From Cenococcum geophilum (lineage: Eukaryota), in contig CP158635.1 of NCBI GenBank assembly GCA_050273025.1, forward strand, positions 22,258,001-22,322,000: a DNA stretch of 64,000 bases, written 5' to 3'. Both the position numbers and the translations under genes were made by a program. Shown one piece after another: positions 1 through 12,694 of the stretch (position 1 is the first letter of the stretch; each line of letters opens with the position of its first letter). Under the pieces are notes generated by a model. The model saw only the letters and a program-made list of their open reading frames with translations. It searched no databases and was not told the origin of the DNA.

Positions 1-2219
1 AGGCGCCGGATTTCCGATTAAGGTCCTTAGCGACTATAAGAACCTATAGTACTTCACAACCACGAAACAGCTAAGTTATTATTAGGCCCGCTAGTTAGAA
101 TATCTGTCTTATTTCCGATTCTTAATTATATACTAACTAGGCGTTTAAGGTTAAAAGCCTAATACTCTAACCTAACGCTTATAAGACGCGCCAGCCCTAA
201 AAGAAGCGCGCTTTTACCGAAATTAGACCCTACTTCGCCCTAAACTATTTAACTCTCCTACTAAAGATCTTACGGTATACGTCCTTAAAATAACTAATTA
301 ATTAATTAAACAGGTTATATTTAACGAATACCTAAATAATAAGTTTATTTAAGAGACGCTTAAGCTAATATAAGATAGTATTAGACGCTCTAAAAAGATT
401 TCTCTAAGTAAATGCGAAGCCTACGGAAACCGGTTATATTACTAGAACCGCCTAGTTATACCTAACTATAACGAACTTAAGCTTAAGCTCCTTAAATATA
501 TACACAATCTACTAATAGCTAGCTACCTAGGCTAAGGAAAAACCCTAAAACTACTTTAACAAGAATATTATTAGCTGAATATATATAATATAATATGAAG
601 GTACGTCTCTAGCTATTATATCTGCCAATAAGCTAAAGCTTCGTATAAGACGTATAACGGCCTTTTAAAGCTACTATCTGTTCTAGACCAAAAATAGAAG
701 GACATCTTAATTAACTTTGTTATTAACCTTCCCGTAAATAAGGGCTATATAAATATTATAGTAGTTATAGACTAACTATCTAAGATAAGACACTTAATTG
801 CCTGCCCTAATATATTAACACCTACTATTGCCTAACTATTTTTAGATTATATATAGAAACTTTACGGACTCTCTAAAACGATTATCTCCGATAAAGGTAG
901 CTAGTTTATCTCTATATTTTAGAAAGAACTAACTACCTAACTCCGTATTAAAGCACTATTATCTATAATATACTACCTAGAACGGATGGTTAAACGGAAC
1001 GTGTAAATACTATAATGGAATGGTATATTCGGATATATACGTCGTACTTATAAGATAACTGGATTAACTGGCTTACATTTGCTAAGTTTACCGTAAATAA
1101 TTCTATCTTGGAAACTATGAAGGTCTCCCCATTCCTAGCTAACTACGGCTAGCATCCATAAATAGGTTTTAAACCTTTTAGTAATGCTCCTTACCCCGTT
1201 TATTACGCCTTATAAATTATAAAAGTAAATAAATTTATAGAAAAGATAGAGGAACTATAATAATTCCCTACTAATAAAATGATACGGGCCCAATCCGTCT
1301 ATAAAGCCGCAATAAATAAGAAATAAACCCTAGTACTAGCCTACTAAATTAGTAACTTTATCTGGCTAGATATAAGGAATCTAAACACAAAACGACCTGC
1401 TAAAAAACTTAATTAGAAGAATGCTGGCCCTTACGAGGTTAAGAAGGTTGTTTCCTCTTATGCCTACTAACTAAAGCTCCCTAATACGGTTAAAATTCAC
1501 CCCGTATTCTATACGTTAGTCCTCCGCCCTATTACTTCTATATTAAACGCCTTGCCTAAATAGATATAAGACCCTCCCCTACTAGTTAAAGTGGATGGTA
1601 AAAACGAGTACTTTATTAAAAGAATTAATGATATTAAGTAGAATAAACGGAGGCGCTAATATATATATCTTATAAAATGGAAAGGCTTTACTAAGCCCTT
1701 ATAGGAACCTGTTAACTCTATAGGACTTATATAAGCCGTAAAAGACTTTTATAAACTCCACCTAGAACTACTACAGCCCTATCTCGCAGAAGCTCAAGTT
1801 TAAAGGGGGGGTACTATTATAGGACACCCCTGTAACACCTTATATACGTCCACCTATTTTTACCAACTTAGTAACTAGAGACTAACTATAAGACGGCAAT
1901 CTAACGGCAACCTACTATATTCTGCCATATTCTACTAAGTTCCACTAAGTTTTACTAAATCCTGTTAAGTTCTGCTAGGACTACTACCTAAATCCTATTC
2001 TGCTCTATATACGTATTAACTAAGTAACCAAGTCTACGATATATACCCTTTCTTCCCATTTTCCTACCTTCTCTCCTTACGGAACGTCTTGACTTCCTTA
2101 TTTAGTTCATGTATATAGCTTAATAATATCTACCTTGCTATATATTATCATCGCTTATACTCACTTCGTGACAATGCCCAAGCAAGCCCCTTAACTAGAT
2201 CCGTTACGGTGCCGTAACA
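1..2219 (+). mobile_element. 3' part of a Ty3/gypsy chromovirus: integrase, chromodomain, PPT and 3' LTR (1815-2219)
   Basis: De-RIPed integrase motifs GHPG (~520) and HPETDGQTER (~972); chromodomain EYF.ERI...Y.VKWKG (1605-1690). PPT AAAGGGGGGG at 1802-1811. LTR runs T(G)TTA...CCGTAACA. Confidence 0.9.
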
Positions 2220-3345
2220 GATCCAATATATTAACTATAGCTTTCTTCTATTTTATTACCTCTAACTAGTACATTAAATCGTAAGATAGTATTAGGTAGT
2301 GCTTTAAGTCGAATTTAAAATAGTATATAGTACTGTACTTTTTATTCTTATAGTACTATTAAAGGTAGTAATAGCGTTTAAATAGTATATATAAATGCTT
2401 GCTTTTAGCTTCTATATATTTACACCGTTTAGTAATATCTTTTTATATTTTAGTAGTAGTTAACACCTCCTTTTTACCAGTAGCTTCTTTTACTATACCT
2501 TTATAATCCTTACTAGAGGACTTTACCTCTTTATTAGCCGCTACTTTAATTAAATACCTTTTATATAAAGTGCCGCCTTAATAGCCGTAGTAAAATTAGT
2601 GTCTTTAGTATTAGCAGATGCGTTAATAGGTATAGTAGCAGCCTTATATCTAACTATAAGATTAACCCTCTATGCCCTTCTTGCGTACTTTAACTATGTC
2701 TCTATTATTCCCTTTACTTCGCGCCATTTATCTATATTATTTACCTCTTTAGGTATTATAGGATCCTTTAGGTTTAATAACGCAATAACGGCAGTTAATT
2801 AATTAAGCTAAAAAGAATGAAGACCGTAATATTTATTGGCTTAATATATATTTTAGGCGATAAACTTCTAGTATTTAAAGGCTTCAAACGGAATAGCTAA
2901 AATATTACTAAATATCTTCGTAGTATTAGCGTATATAATTATATTTAGAAGAAAGGTTTAAAGATCTTTAGGCTATTCTGCAATAGTAAAAGGCGTCAGT
3001 ATAGGTAGTATAGGTTTAATAGTAAGGTCTACCTCTTTAGGTGCTTTAGAAACGTTCTTTACAATATTCTTAAGTGCATTAGCTCTCCTCTTGTGCGTTA
3101 TAGCGCTAACTAAAATAGGAAATAATATAGGCTTTAAATAGCTTTAAAAATAGGCGATAGCGATATATTAGCATAGAGGATGGGTAGTAGCATACGCGAG
3201 TATAGAAAAAGGGTTCAAACAGGTGAGGATTCGGCAAATTTCTGTTTTTGATTATGGTTTCTGACATTTGATCGTCTTTTTCCGAAACGACTGTATCTGA
3301 AATCGAGTTGCAGTCGATACAATAACCGTTTTCCGGTGCCGACTG
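2220..3345 (-). mobile_element. Terminal fragment of a probable Tc1/mariner-type DNA transposon with a degraded non-transposase ORF
   Basis: Minus strand reads TA|CAGTCGGCACCGGAAAACGG at 3347-3326. A RIPed minus-strand frame at ~2300-3170 reads like ...EVDDVDEWREVEGMVETW...RVDLVV.Y. The other end is not in view. Confidence 0.5.
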
Positions 3346-3447
3346 TACTCGTTACTCTAAAGATTCTAACTCTCCATCCCTAACGTCGCGCAACCTGGCA
3401 GTCGTACAGAACCTTCACGCCGTTCGCCCTTCTTCAACCTCAGCACC

Positions 3448-4585
3448 ATGTGCGATACCCAGCCATGGACACGCAAACTAGCACAAGTTCTGAAGGAGCT
3501 CACTAGTGGGTTCAACAATTCGACCAAAACCAACCAACTTTGCCACATATGCCGCTCGCTTGACTTTCGAATATCGTCTAAGATAGAAGGATCGCTGACG
3601 AAAGAAATCGTAGAATTAGGATCCGTCCATGATATTGTCGCAAGGGGATCCTGCCCGTTCTGCCAGCTGGGGGTGCAGCTGAGCGTGGTCACCGATGGAG
3701 CCACCGGGAAAAGGTCGGCGGTACTTACTATGCTTTGCGAAAGTATTGCGAAAATCAAATTAAGCGAGCCCCCCCGCCCGCAGACTGCTCGTTTTACAAA
3801 ATGCTTTTACAACTACCAAAAATAAGTCTTATTCTATAAAATTAGTAAGTAAAACTATAAAATAGATACTGTTTTATAATTTTAAATATATGGCAGCTTA
3901 GGAAATAATGTGGTTGTAAAATTTTAGGTGGTAAAGCATTAGGCTAAGCGTCACCCCTCTATCAAAACAATACACCCCCTATTTCCCTACTAATACGACT
4001 CTATATTTTATAAGTAGGGATATATTTTATAGCCCAAAGATAGGGCTATAAAATAAGCCCCTATTTATATAAATTGGAGGGGTATTGGTTGAGTTATATA
4101 GGGTACTTTATAATAGCTGTAAAACTTAAATTGAGGCTCTGCGCTAACTAACCTAACTCCTCTACCCCTAAAAATAAGCACCCCTTATAACTCTACTAAA
4201 ATGACCATAAAACATATAAATAAAGGCTTGTTTTATAGCCCTAGAATAGGGCTATAAAATATATCTTTATTTATAAAATGTAGAGCTATATTAGTGGGGC
4301 TATAGGGGGTATATTGTTTTGGTAGAGGGGGTAATGCTTAGGCCAACGCTTTACTACCTAAAACCCCACAACCACATTATTTACTAAGCTGGCATATATT
4401 TAAAATTGTAAAGCGGTATCTATTTTATAGTTTTATTTACTAATTTTATAAAATAAGACTTATTTTTGGTGGTTATAAGAGCATTTTTGTAAAACAAGTG
4501 TCTGCGGGCGGGAGGCTCGCTTAATTTTGATTTTCGCAATACTTTCGCAAAGCATAGTAACTTTTACCCATACAGAACGCGCATC
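3448..4585 (+). pseudogene. N-terminal fragment of a probable HET-domain (heterokaryon incompatibility-type) gene, interrupted by a MITE and truncated
   Basis: ORF 3448 has LCHICRSLDF...ELGSVHDIVARGSCPFCQL, the twin CxxC pattern that typically precedes fungal HET domains. The DNA is not RIPed. Removing the 3728-4557 insert and one TA continues the frame (..AVLNFYPYRTRI). The HET domain itself is absent. Confidence 0.6.
3728..4557. mobile_element. Foldback/MITE with ~340-bp terminal inverted repeats and TA TSD
   Basis: TA|CTATGCTTTGCGAAAGTATTGCGAAAATC... and ...GATTTTCGCAATACTTTCGCAAAGCATAG|TA; arms ~3728-4070 and ~4215-4557. Confidence 0.9.
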
Positions 4586-4737
4586 GGTAGCCACAATTTA
4601 CCTTAGCAACCATACGCACTAAATATGCAGTGCATATACTAAGCATATGCACGTACTAGTATAAAGCATATATTGCAATAGTTAAACGGCTTATTAGGAG
4701 TATATACCCCATATACTAAGTATATGCTAAGCATATA

Positions 4738-4884
4738 CTATCCCTTAACCCGCCGGCGTCCTCTGTTATCGATAAGATGATGGTCCGTGTGCATGGAACA
4801 CCAAAAGTTCGTTCAATCTAGGGCTCTTTATTGGCTAAATTCTTATCGATAACTGGGCGCCAGAATCGGCGGGTTAAGGGATAG
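4738..4884. mobile_element. 147-bp MITE with TA TSD
   Basis: TA|CTATCCCTTAACCCGCCG...CGGCGGGTTAAGGGATAG|TA, plus an inner inverted pair GTTATCGATAAGA/TCTTATCGATAAC. Confidence 0.85.
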
Positions 4885-5355
4885 TATAATCTACCTGTGG
4901 GGTGGTAAGTATATACGCTGTATATGCTAAGCATATACTATAGTATAGCCTACCTATAGAATAGTAAGCATATACTATAGTGTATCTTATTATAGAATAG
5001 TAAATATATATAATAATATAACCTACCTTATAAAATAGTAAGTATATTATAAGAGTATATATATTAGGTCCCGCCGCAGTTGCAATATATTTATAATAAC
5101 TGCTATTTTTTTTTAGCTATATAACGACGTAAGGCATTATATATATACTTACTATTCTATAAAGTAGGCTATACTATAGTATATGCTTAGCATATGCAGT
5201 ATATATACTTACTATTCTGTAGGTAGGCTATACTAGTGTATATACTTAGCATATGCAGTGTATATACTTAGCATATATTCTTAATATTATATAATATTAT
5301 TTATTTACTAATTCTAAAAGAATTAATTTTTTGTATATGCGCTGTATATGCATAA

Positions 5356-5461
5356 AGCTTAGCGTGGTCCGAAGTTGATCGTGGTCCGAAAGCTGGTTTG
5401 CAAGTTCGGACCACGTTGAACTTTTGGACCACGCCGAGTTTTTTACGGACTACGCCGAGCT
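5356..5461. repeat. Short inverted-repeat element built of CGTGGTCCGAA units (MITE-like)
   Basis: Two forward CGTGGTCCGAA copies are followed by three reverse TTCGGACCACG-like copies; GC-rich relative to the flanks. Confidence 0.55.
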
Positions 5462-6230
5462 GTGAGCCCAGTAGCTATAATTTATTCTTAGCGACCGTAT
5501 ACATTAAATATGCAGTGTATATGCTAAGTATATGCACATATATAATTATAAGGCAACTATATTAAATGGCCTATTAGTGGAAGTATATACACCTATAAGG
5601 AAATATTACGGCGGTAAGTATATAATAAATGCAGTATATATACTAAGTATATGCTTAGCATATACTGCGATATATACTACGGTATTATAAAGTATTACGA
5701 TAGTATATGCTATATATTGCTATAGTATATACTTAGCATATGCTAAGTATATATAGATACTATACTATAGCCTACCTTTTTAGAATAATAAGTATATATA
5801 TTATATTAGTAGTATATTATAAGGTATATTACTTAGGTATATAGTAGGGAATAAATAAGCCGAGTATAAGTTATAGAAGAGTTAATAGAAGAGGACGATA
5901 TAGTAAAGAGTATAGTAATAGCCTTATACGGAGACGAATTAATAAGGAGGGAAGGGCTGTAAGCCTAAGTAAGGGGCTAAAAGATCCCTTATATGCATAT
6001 ACTAAGCATATATATAGTATATACTTAGATAGATACTATAGTATAGCCTACCTTATATAAAATATAAAGCTAATACTTTAAAGGGTAGTATAAGTTAATA
6101 GATTATATATGCTAAGTATATACCTAATATATACTAGGTATATATAGCTTATAATCCTTTTAAATACTTTAAATATTATATTAAAAAAGTATTTATATAT
6201 ATCCTATATATACTCTATATATGCTTAGTA

Positions 6231-6600
6231 TATTATAAGGTAAGGATATAGATAGGAGTCCAATAATAGAATAATAGGGTATATTATATAGACAGAGACA
6301 AATCCTTAAGGGAAAAGGAGGAGTCTGTATGCGAGGTAGGAAGGGTTTTCCCTAGGCATATATAGCGTACGTGCCTTATAGGTAAGTCACCCCTAGGTTA
6401 TCCTAGGGTCGCCTATACCTTACGGCTGTATAACTATCTACTTAGGTTTTACCTAATAATACCTCTACCCCCCCCCCCCCCCCCCTTTAAAAAGGGTTGT
6501 CCCCAATCCTTTATATACTTAGGCCTTAATAAAACTCTATAAAAAACCCTAGTAAGGAAAAAATTTAAAAAGGAAAGAGCGTTTTAATTTTACGTATAAA
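6231..6600 (-). mobile_element. Probable 3' LTR (~6231-6461), PPT and 3' UTR of a minus-strand gypsy element
   Basis: The poly-C run at 6468-6485 followed by TTTAAAAAGGGTTGTCCCC is the reverse of the common GGGGAC...AAGGGGG PPT context. The left LTR boundary is uncertain. Confidence 0.5.
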
Positions 6601-9560
6601 GAGACAGAATATACTCTTTTCTTCTCTTCTTACAGACTACTTTCCTACTAATTTTTACTAACTGACTATAACCGACCGATAGACTAATAGCACTGTAACT
6701 TCTTATCTAGAAAGAGACCTTCCCTCCTATATACTTTATGGCATTCCATATAGGGACAATAGCAAGCTCTTTAGATTAGAAGTCCAGTGCTATATATATA
6801 GGAGACGTATAGGAACGTGCTGCAGCCACAGAAGGACTAAAAACTGTTAAGTCACTATTACCGAAAGCCATTAAGTTACTAATAGGTACGGAAATTAAGC
6901 ATAGAACTATTAGCGACGTACGCATAGGCATTACCATTATTAAGATAAGTTAATAACACTTTTAGAGATTGTTATCTAAGACCTATAGTAGACGGAATAA
7001 ATAACTAGGAGTAGGAATATAAGTATAGGGTACAGCAAGACAGAGGATAAAAGAAAGGGTTAGGATATATTAGGACTAGCAGAAAGAAGTCTTTAATTTT
7101 TTATTTACTATATTTGCAACGGTCTATATAATTCTTCTAGCATTTATATAAGCCTCCCTTAAATTTATAAGAGTAATAGCGACAGGACTAATAAAGGGAA
7201 TACTAGGGATGCTAGGCCTATTCTATAATAACGGCGGAGAAAGAAGTAGGCAGCCTATTAACCTATAAAGTTTTCCTAACCTAAAGGATGCAGTACTAGA
7301 CCTAACTCCTATAATATCTAGAACCGATAACCTTTAGTAAAGAGAGGATAAGAACTAGGAGGTTAACTTACTTATCCTAAAAGAAACTACTAGTCTGTTG
7401 CCTCGTGATAAACTACTAATAGAATAAGATAAGGTATATATTATAGCCCAGCCTATACTAGCTCTAGGGACTTTAGGGACTCCTTACTTTACGGGATAAA
7501 ATATATTATAATTTATTAAATAGTATAAGCGACTGTGTATTTAATACCGTGTTATAAACAATAAGAAGCATTAAGGACTTTTAGAATATTGCGACTATTA
7601 AATAAGGACCTAAATCCGAAGTCTGCCTAAGTTTATTATTAGTAGATAGATGGAACTTATAGGAAAGCTTTAGACAGATTACTAAGGAAGTAACTACTTT
7701 TAACAAGTTAAGACGGTAAAATTCTTAAAAGTGTATATACTATAGTACAGGAATAACCCACCTAGTAGTATACGCAAGTACTACAGACAATTTATACTAA
7801 TTTCCTAGAAGGTTACTAAAGCTAGTAATTTAAAAAACCGTAAATAAGGATACTGGTTTATAAAAGGACTCCTATTTAAATATTAAAGATATACTATAAC
7901 TAAGACAGGAGCTAACCCGGATAGATAAGAGTCTTTTAACTTCTACCTACTAAGGAGGGCTGTAGAAGATAGGCTTAATTTTATAAGGGCGCAGACCGCT
8001 TATTAATAATAAACCCTAAGGAGTAAGGTCTCCGTTAGCTAGTTAGACAATTTCGCGAGTAGTAGCCGGCTATATTAAACTAAAGAGATGCTACTTTTCG
8101 GCCGCCTGTAGTCTCTTAGCTAAATAAGTTAGTAAATACCCGTTAAATAACCTAAGAGATAAACCCTAAGCTAGAGAACCTTACTAGTTAACTCCAGAAG
8201 CTTAATCTTAGGATAGTTAAATTAGTAGGCGTTATATCTTTAATACTATTCCTTAATAGGATTTGCTAAGACCTAATATAGTATATACAACTCCTAAATA
8301 AGGCGTTAGTGCGTTAAGAATAAGTAGGTCCGCAACTAGTAATAAATAATAACGGACTGCTGCTATCCTATAAGGGGGCGCTATAAGAGCAATATAAACT
8401 AGGCCTAGGAAGGTATAAAGGACTAGGAAACCCTAGTGTATACTAGGCATAAGCTAAGACGTATTATAGATATGGAGGCTCTTATTATTTTATTAACTAA
8501 TACCTAAAACTATAAGAACTAGTTAGCTAGGGGTTCCTATATATAAATAAGAGTAACCAAATCTGCACTAGAACACGTCAGCGCCTAGGAAATCCACTCC
8601 TATATTTACCAAGCAATAATTAAATTTAGTTCCTTAAAGACTAGCTAAGGTAAAATATAAATATCGATCCTAATATAACGGCAATAGGCATCTAACTAAA
8701 TACGTCTTTAGTAGAGCTTGTAAAAAGCAATGGCGCTAAAAGTAAAGAAGAGCTTGGCAAGTCCTAGAAAGATATATACTAAGTAGAATCGGTATACGTT
8801 AATTTAGTAGGAGCAGCAACCTAGTCATAGCCTATAACACGGTTATACGATCTTAGGAAGCTAAGAGGAGATATAAAGGTAATAAAATTACCTCTAAAAC
8901 TAACTGGTTTGTAACCGGCAATAGTTTAAAATATATAGCTAGGAGAACATATTTAAATCGCACCATGACTATAGTGGTAGGCTCCCTAATTACTAGTAAA
9001 TAATAAGAAGACTAATGAAATAGACTATACTAAATAGCTAAGAAGAAAAGTAGAGTAAGGAATGGAAGCAACCGTAACCGCTAAAGCACTACGACTAAAG
9101 CCGGTTAGGATAATGGATATACTAAAAAGGAACATCCTAAGCCTAACTATAATGGCAGATAAGATCTTATCAAAAACTATTAAAGTTACTATTAGTAACT
9201 GCCTTATATATATACCTAAAGTCGTAAGGTTATTCTTTAAGCCTCTCTTACTACCTTTTATAGAGCCTTACCAATAAAAGCAAGAGGGCGTTAAGGCATC
9301 TATATTATTGGCGTACCTAACGTTTTATACTAATTAAGCTAGCCTAATAACTATAAAGGTAGACTAGATTAAGCGGGAAGCAGGATTTACCCAGTTTTAA
9401 TAATAATGTCTAAAGGTAGAAGCATAGATAGGAGATAAAAGGGTTAAGTACTTAATTAACTCTAGAGCGGAGCTTAACCTTATTAAGGAAAGTGTGGCTC
9501 TATAATATAGCTTACTAATATTAAATCTACCCCTATAGTTATAGGGCGTATATCTAATAT

Positions 9561-11313
9561 TGTCAGATAACTCATATAGAGCTATTCATTGATGAAATGG
9601 GTTGATTGATTGATTTTGATTGACCTGGGGCCCCTAGGGCTCTATGGAGAGATTGACGATGCACGACCCCATGCACGTGACTCGTGCACGTCCTACGCCA
9701 CCGAGAATACAGATTATCTGACACACCCCCTTAGCTTTGACCTGGTCGAGGACGAAGCTAACCACCTTCTCGTGTCCGTTAATGCGTCAATTAAGCTGTA
9801 ATCTCATCTAAATCCTTCCGTCTTGTCCTATCCTTATCATGCTCTACCTTTATAAGCACCCTTTTCATACGTGTACCTACGGCTTTGAATCCCTTAGGCC
9901 TTTTGCACTTAACCAGATACCAACAGTTAGGAAGGGTATATCCCCTTATATCGCATACTAGGCATTTTTGGGTACTTCGACCTTTTGGAAGACGTCTCTT
10001 CAGTTAAATTTGTACCTGCCCTTTTTCGGCTGCGAGATAAGCTATTCCCTCTTCCCTTTTGGACTTTAGTAGCAATAGAGATATCCTCTTCGGACTCTCC
10101 TACGAAGTCTGCGTTGAATGTACTCCCTCTGGTAGTTGAGGATGGTACGACTTTTAAGAGGTTTGCAAATGCTTCCCGCAGCTCCATTACTACTTTACGG
10201 TATTCTAATGAATAAGCCTTTTTAGTATTATCTGCCTGTTTCGTATACAGAATAAAATATGTTTCGCTTATAGGTCATATTGCATTTATAAGGTCCATAA
10301 GCCAGATCCCATTAGTTATCTGTAGAAGCTTATACTTCTTTACCATCTTTATTGCATGTTCCCATCGATTAAGCCACTAGGTAATTTTTGTCTCCCTAAT
10401 TCCCTTTAGCGATTCTGTGTATTATAGCTGTACCTTCCTTATTATAAAGGTCTTTAATGGCTTAGTGTCTTCTTTTAACCGAATTAGCTATTCCTTAACT
10501 ATAAGGGAAGGGTTAAGCAGTAGCTTCTTCTAAATTAATACTATGGACGTGATCTAGGTGCGGATCTGTTAAAGATAATCTTCCTGTCTTAGGAAATACT
10601 TTATATCCTGGTTGTAGTATCGTTTACTATTCTCGTACGCCCTCTATTGATTCGTCGAGAGCTATGCATATAAGGTTGCATTCTCGTTAAAATCTATAAC
10701 TTCTGGATAGGCTGGTTCTTGTAGTAGACCTCATTAAGGTACTATATTATCTGGGTCAACGTAGGCCCAAATTCGTTTATCTATAAGGGCTTGTAGTTGC
10801 CAGATCCATTACTTCCAGTCTTTTAGCTTATTGAGGATAATTATAGTAGACAAACTCGACGTCGGTGGAGTCATTTGACTAATAGGCAAATGGGAATTGT
10901 AATGGAATTCGTCGTTAGGATCGTCCTTGTCGTTAGGATCGTCCTATAACAATTAAGGTAGAATCTCGTGGAATCTCGTGGAATCTAGTGTAATCTTGTA
11001 TCAGAATCGTCCTATGACAATTAAGGTAGGATTTCGATCAGGGTCGTCTTATGACGATAAGGTGTTAGAGTCTAACGATGAGGTAGAATTTCTTTAAATA
11101 ATTAAGTAATAGCTGAATAGCTTCTTATGTCGGCGGACCGGGCTTATAGCTGTCAGATAACTTATATAGAGCTATTTATTAATGAAATGGGTTAATTGAT
11201 TGATTTTAATTAACCTGGGGCCCCTAGGGCTCTATGGAGAGATTGACGATACACGACCCCATGCACGTGACTCGTACACGTCCTACGCCACCGAGAATAC
11301 AGATTATCTGACA
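9561..11313 (-). mobile_element. Non-autonomous gag-only Ty1/copia element (1753 bp) with 163-bp LTRs and TSD AATAT
   Basis: LTRs 9561-9723 and 11151-11313 (TGTCAG...CTGACA), AATAT on both sides. PBS-like G(G)TTAT(G)AGCCC and PPT GGGGGTG. Gag starts at ATG 10873 with zinc knuckle CLVC..G(H)TLPNC at ~9920-9965. No PR/IN/RT. Confidence 0.93.
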
Positions 11314-11891
11314 AATATCTACAAATAGGACTTAGTCTAAGTTTATTAGATTGGTATATACAGCCTATATAGTTATAGAGGACGTCTTAATATCCACAAC
11401 TTTTATTACTATAGGAGAAATGTTACACAAGGTAATACTTAGTAAGGGCTAGACTAATAACGCAGCAAATTGCAACAGGCTAGGTATCTTATATTATTTA
11501 ATTAAAAGATAGCGAAGTTAAAATAAGGTTCTTAACATCCTATAAGGACGCAATATTCCTTAAACTAAATAAAAAAATTAGTATAGGCAGTAGTTTAGAA
11601 AACGTATAACTAGTATAACCGCTAGGATCGTATTTAGGGTTACTTATAACCCGGCGTATTAGAATAAAAAGGATGCTAAGGACGGAGAGAAGGGAAATAA
11701 GGTGCGACTTTAACAAGGACGTTTACCATTTTAGATATCTACTAAATAGGGCTATTAACGGGAAGAAGAGCATAATGCTAAATAGAGAGATGTCAAGAAA
11801 AAATTTACCAGCATTTTTGCAGCATTTGGCAGCATTTGGCGGCCAAATACGCATTCCGCGCACTATAACGTGTAGCGTATGGTATTGACTA

Positions 11892-12225
11892 AGGTGCGGC
11901 ATACTGCTGCATTTAACAATATAGTGCGGCATACTGCTGCATTTAATAATCTAGTGCGGTATACTGCTGTATTTAACAATGCAGTGCGGTATACTACTAT
12001 ATTTAACAATACAGTGCGGCATACTGCTGTATTTAACAATGTAGTGCGGTATACTGATATATTCAATAATATAGTGCAGCTAATTACGCATTTTATACTT
12101 AATGCGCAATTAATATATAATGCCCTCCTCGCGCATTCTATATATAATGCCCTTTTCGCGCATTCTATATATAATGCCCTTTTCGCGCATTCTATACATA
12201 ATGCCCTTTTCGCGCATTTTATATA
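11892..12225. repeat. Minisatellites: 30-bp unit x~6 followed by 27-bp unit x~4
   Basis: Units GTGCGGCATACTGCTGCATTTAACAATATA and ATAATGCCCTTTTCGCGCATTCTATAT. Confidence 0.9.
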
Positions 12226-12333
12226 TCTTGCTCTTCCTACACACTTAATAGTATTTGCTTAGTCTATACAGTTGGTGCAAAATAAATTATATTATTTTAG
12301 ATAATTTAATATAATATAGCGACGGTTCTCTTT

Positions 12334-12620
12334 TACCTGCCTACCTACCGACCTACCTGCCTACCTGCCTACCTGCCTACCTGCCTGCCTATATACCTAC
12401 CTACCTACCTACCTACCTACCTACCTACCTGCCTGCCTGCCTACGTATCTACCTATCTACCTACCTACCTGCGTACCTACCTGCCTGCCTGCCTGCCTGC
12501 CTACCTATCTACCTACCTACCTACCTACCTACCTACCCGTCCGCCTATCTGTCTGTCTATCTATTTGTCTATCTATCTATACCTACCCGTCTATACCTAC
12601 CTATCTGTGCCTACCTGTCT
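12334..12620. repeat. (CTAC/CTGC/CTAT)n microsatellite
   Basis: Seen directly; a reverse-complement homologue lies at ~48660-48810. Confidence 0.95.
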
Positions 12621-12694
12621 ATATCACCTTAATTCGATCGATCGATTAAATTATTTATCGTGTTCGCTGGCTGGTTGTTTAAACGGTTGTTATA

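Larger units (their letters stand above)
4586..6230. repeat. Degenerate array of GCATATGCTAAGCATATGC-like units in direct and inverted orientation
   Basis: The motif recurs throughout. A ~120-bp direct repeat starts at 4586 (CGGTAGCCACAATTT) and 5469 (CAGTAGCTATAATTT). Units at 4885-5050 are inverted at 5130-5275. Confidence 0.7.

Noticed and set aside
3366..3758. 130-aa minus-strand ORF
   Set aside because: Antisense shadow of the HET-like ORF; it starts inside the MITE.
9610..10215. Plus-strand ORFs 9610-9801 and 9985-10215
   Set aside because: They lie in the LTR or antisense to copia gag; the minus ORF 9927-10187 is simply a gag remnant.
11723..12262. ORFs 11723-11932, 11863-12066 and 11879-12262 with repetitive peptides
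   Set aside because: They result from 30- and 27-bp tandem units that lack stops; there is no sign of real coding function.
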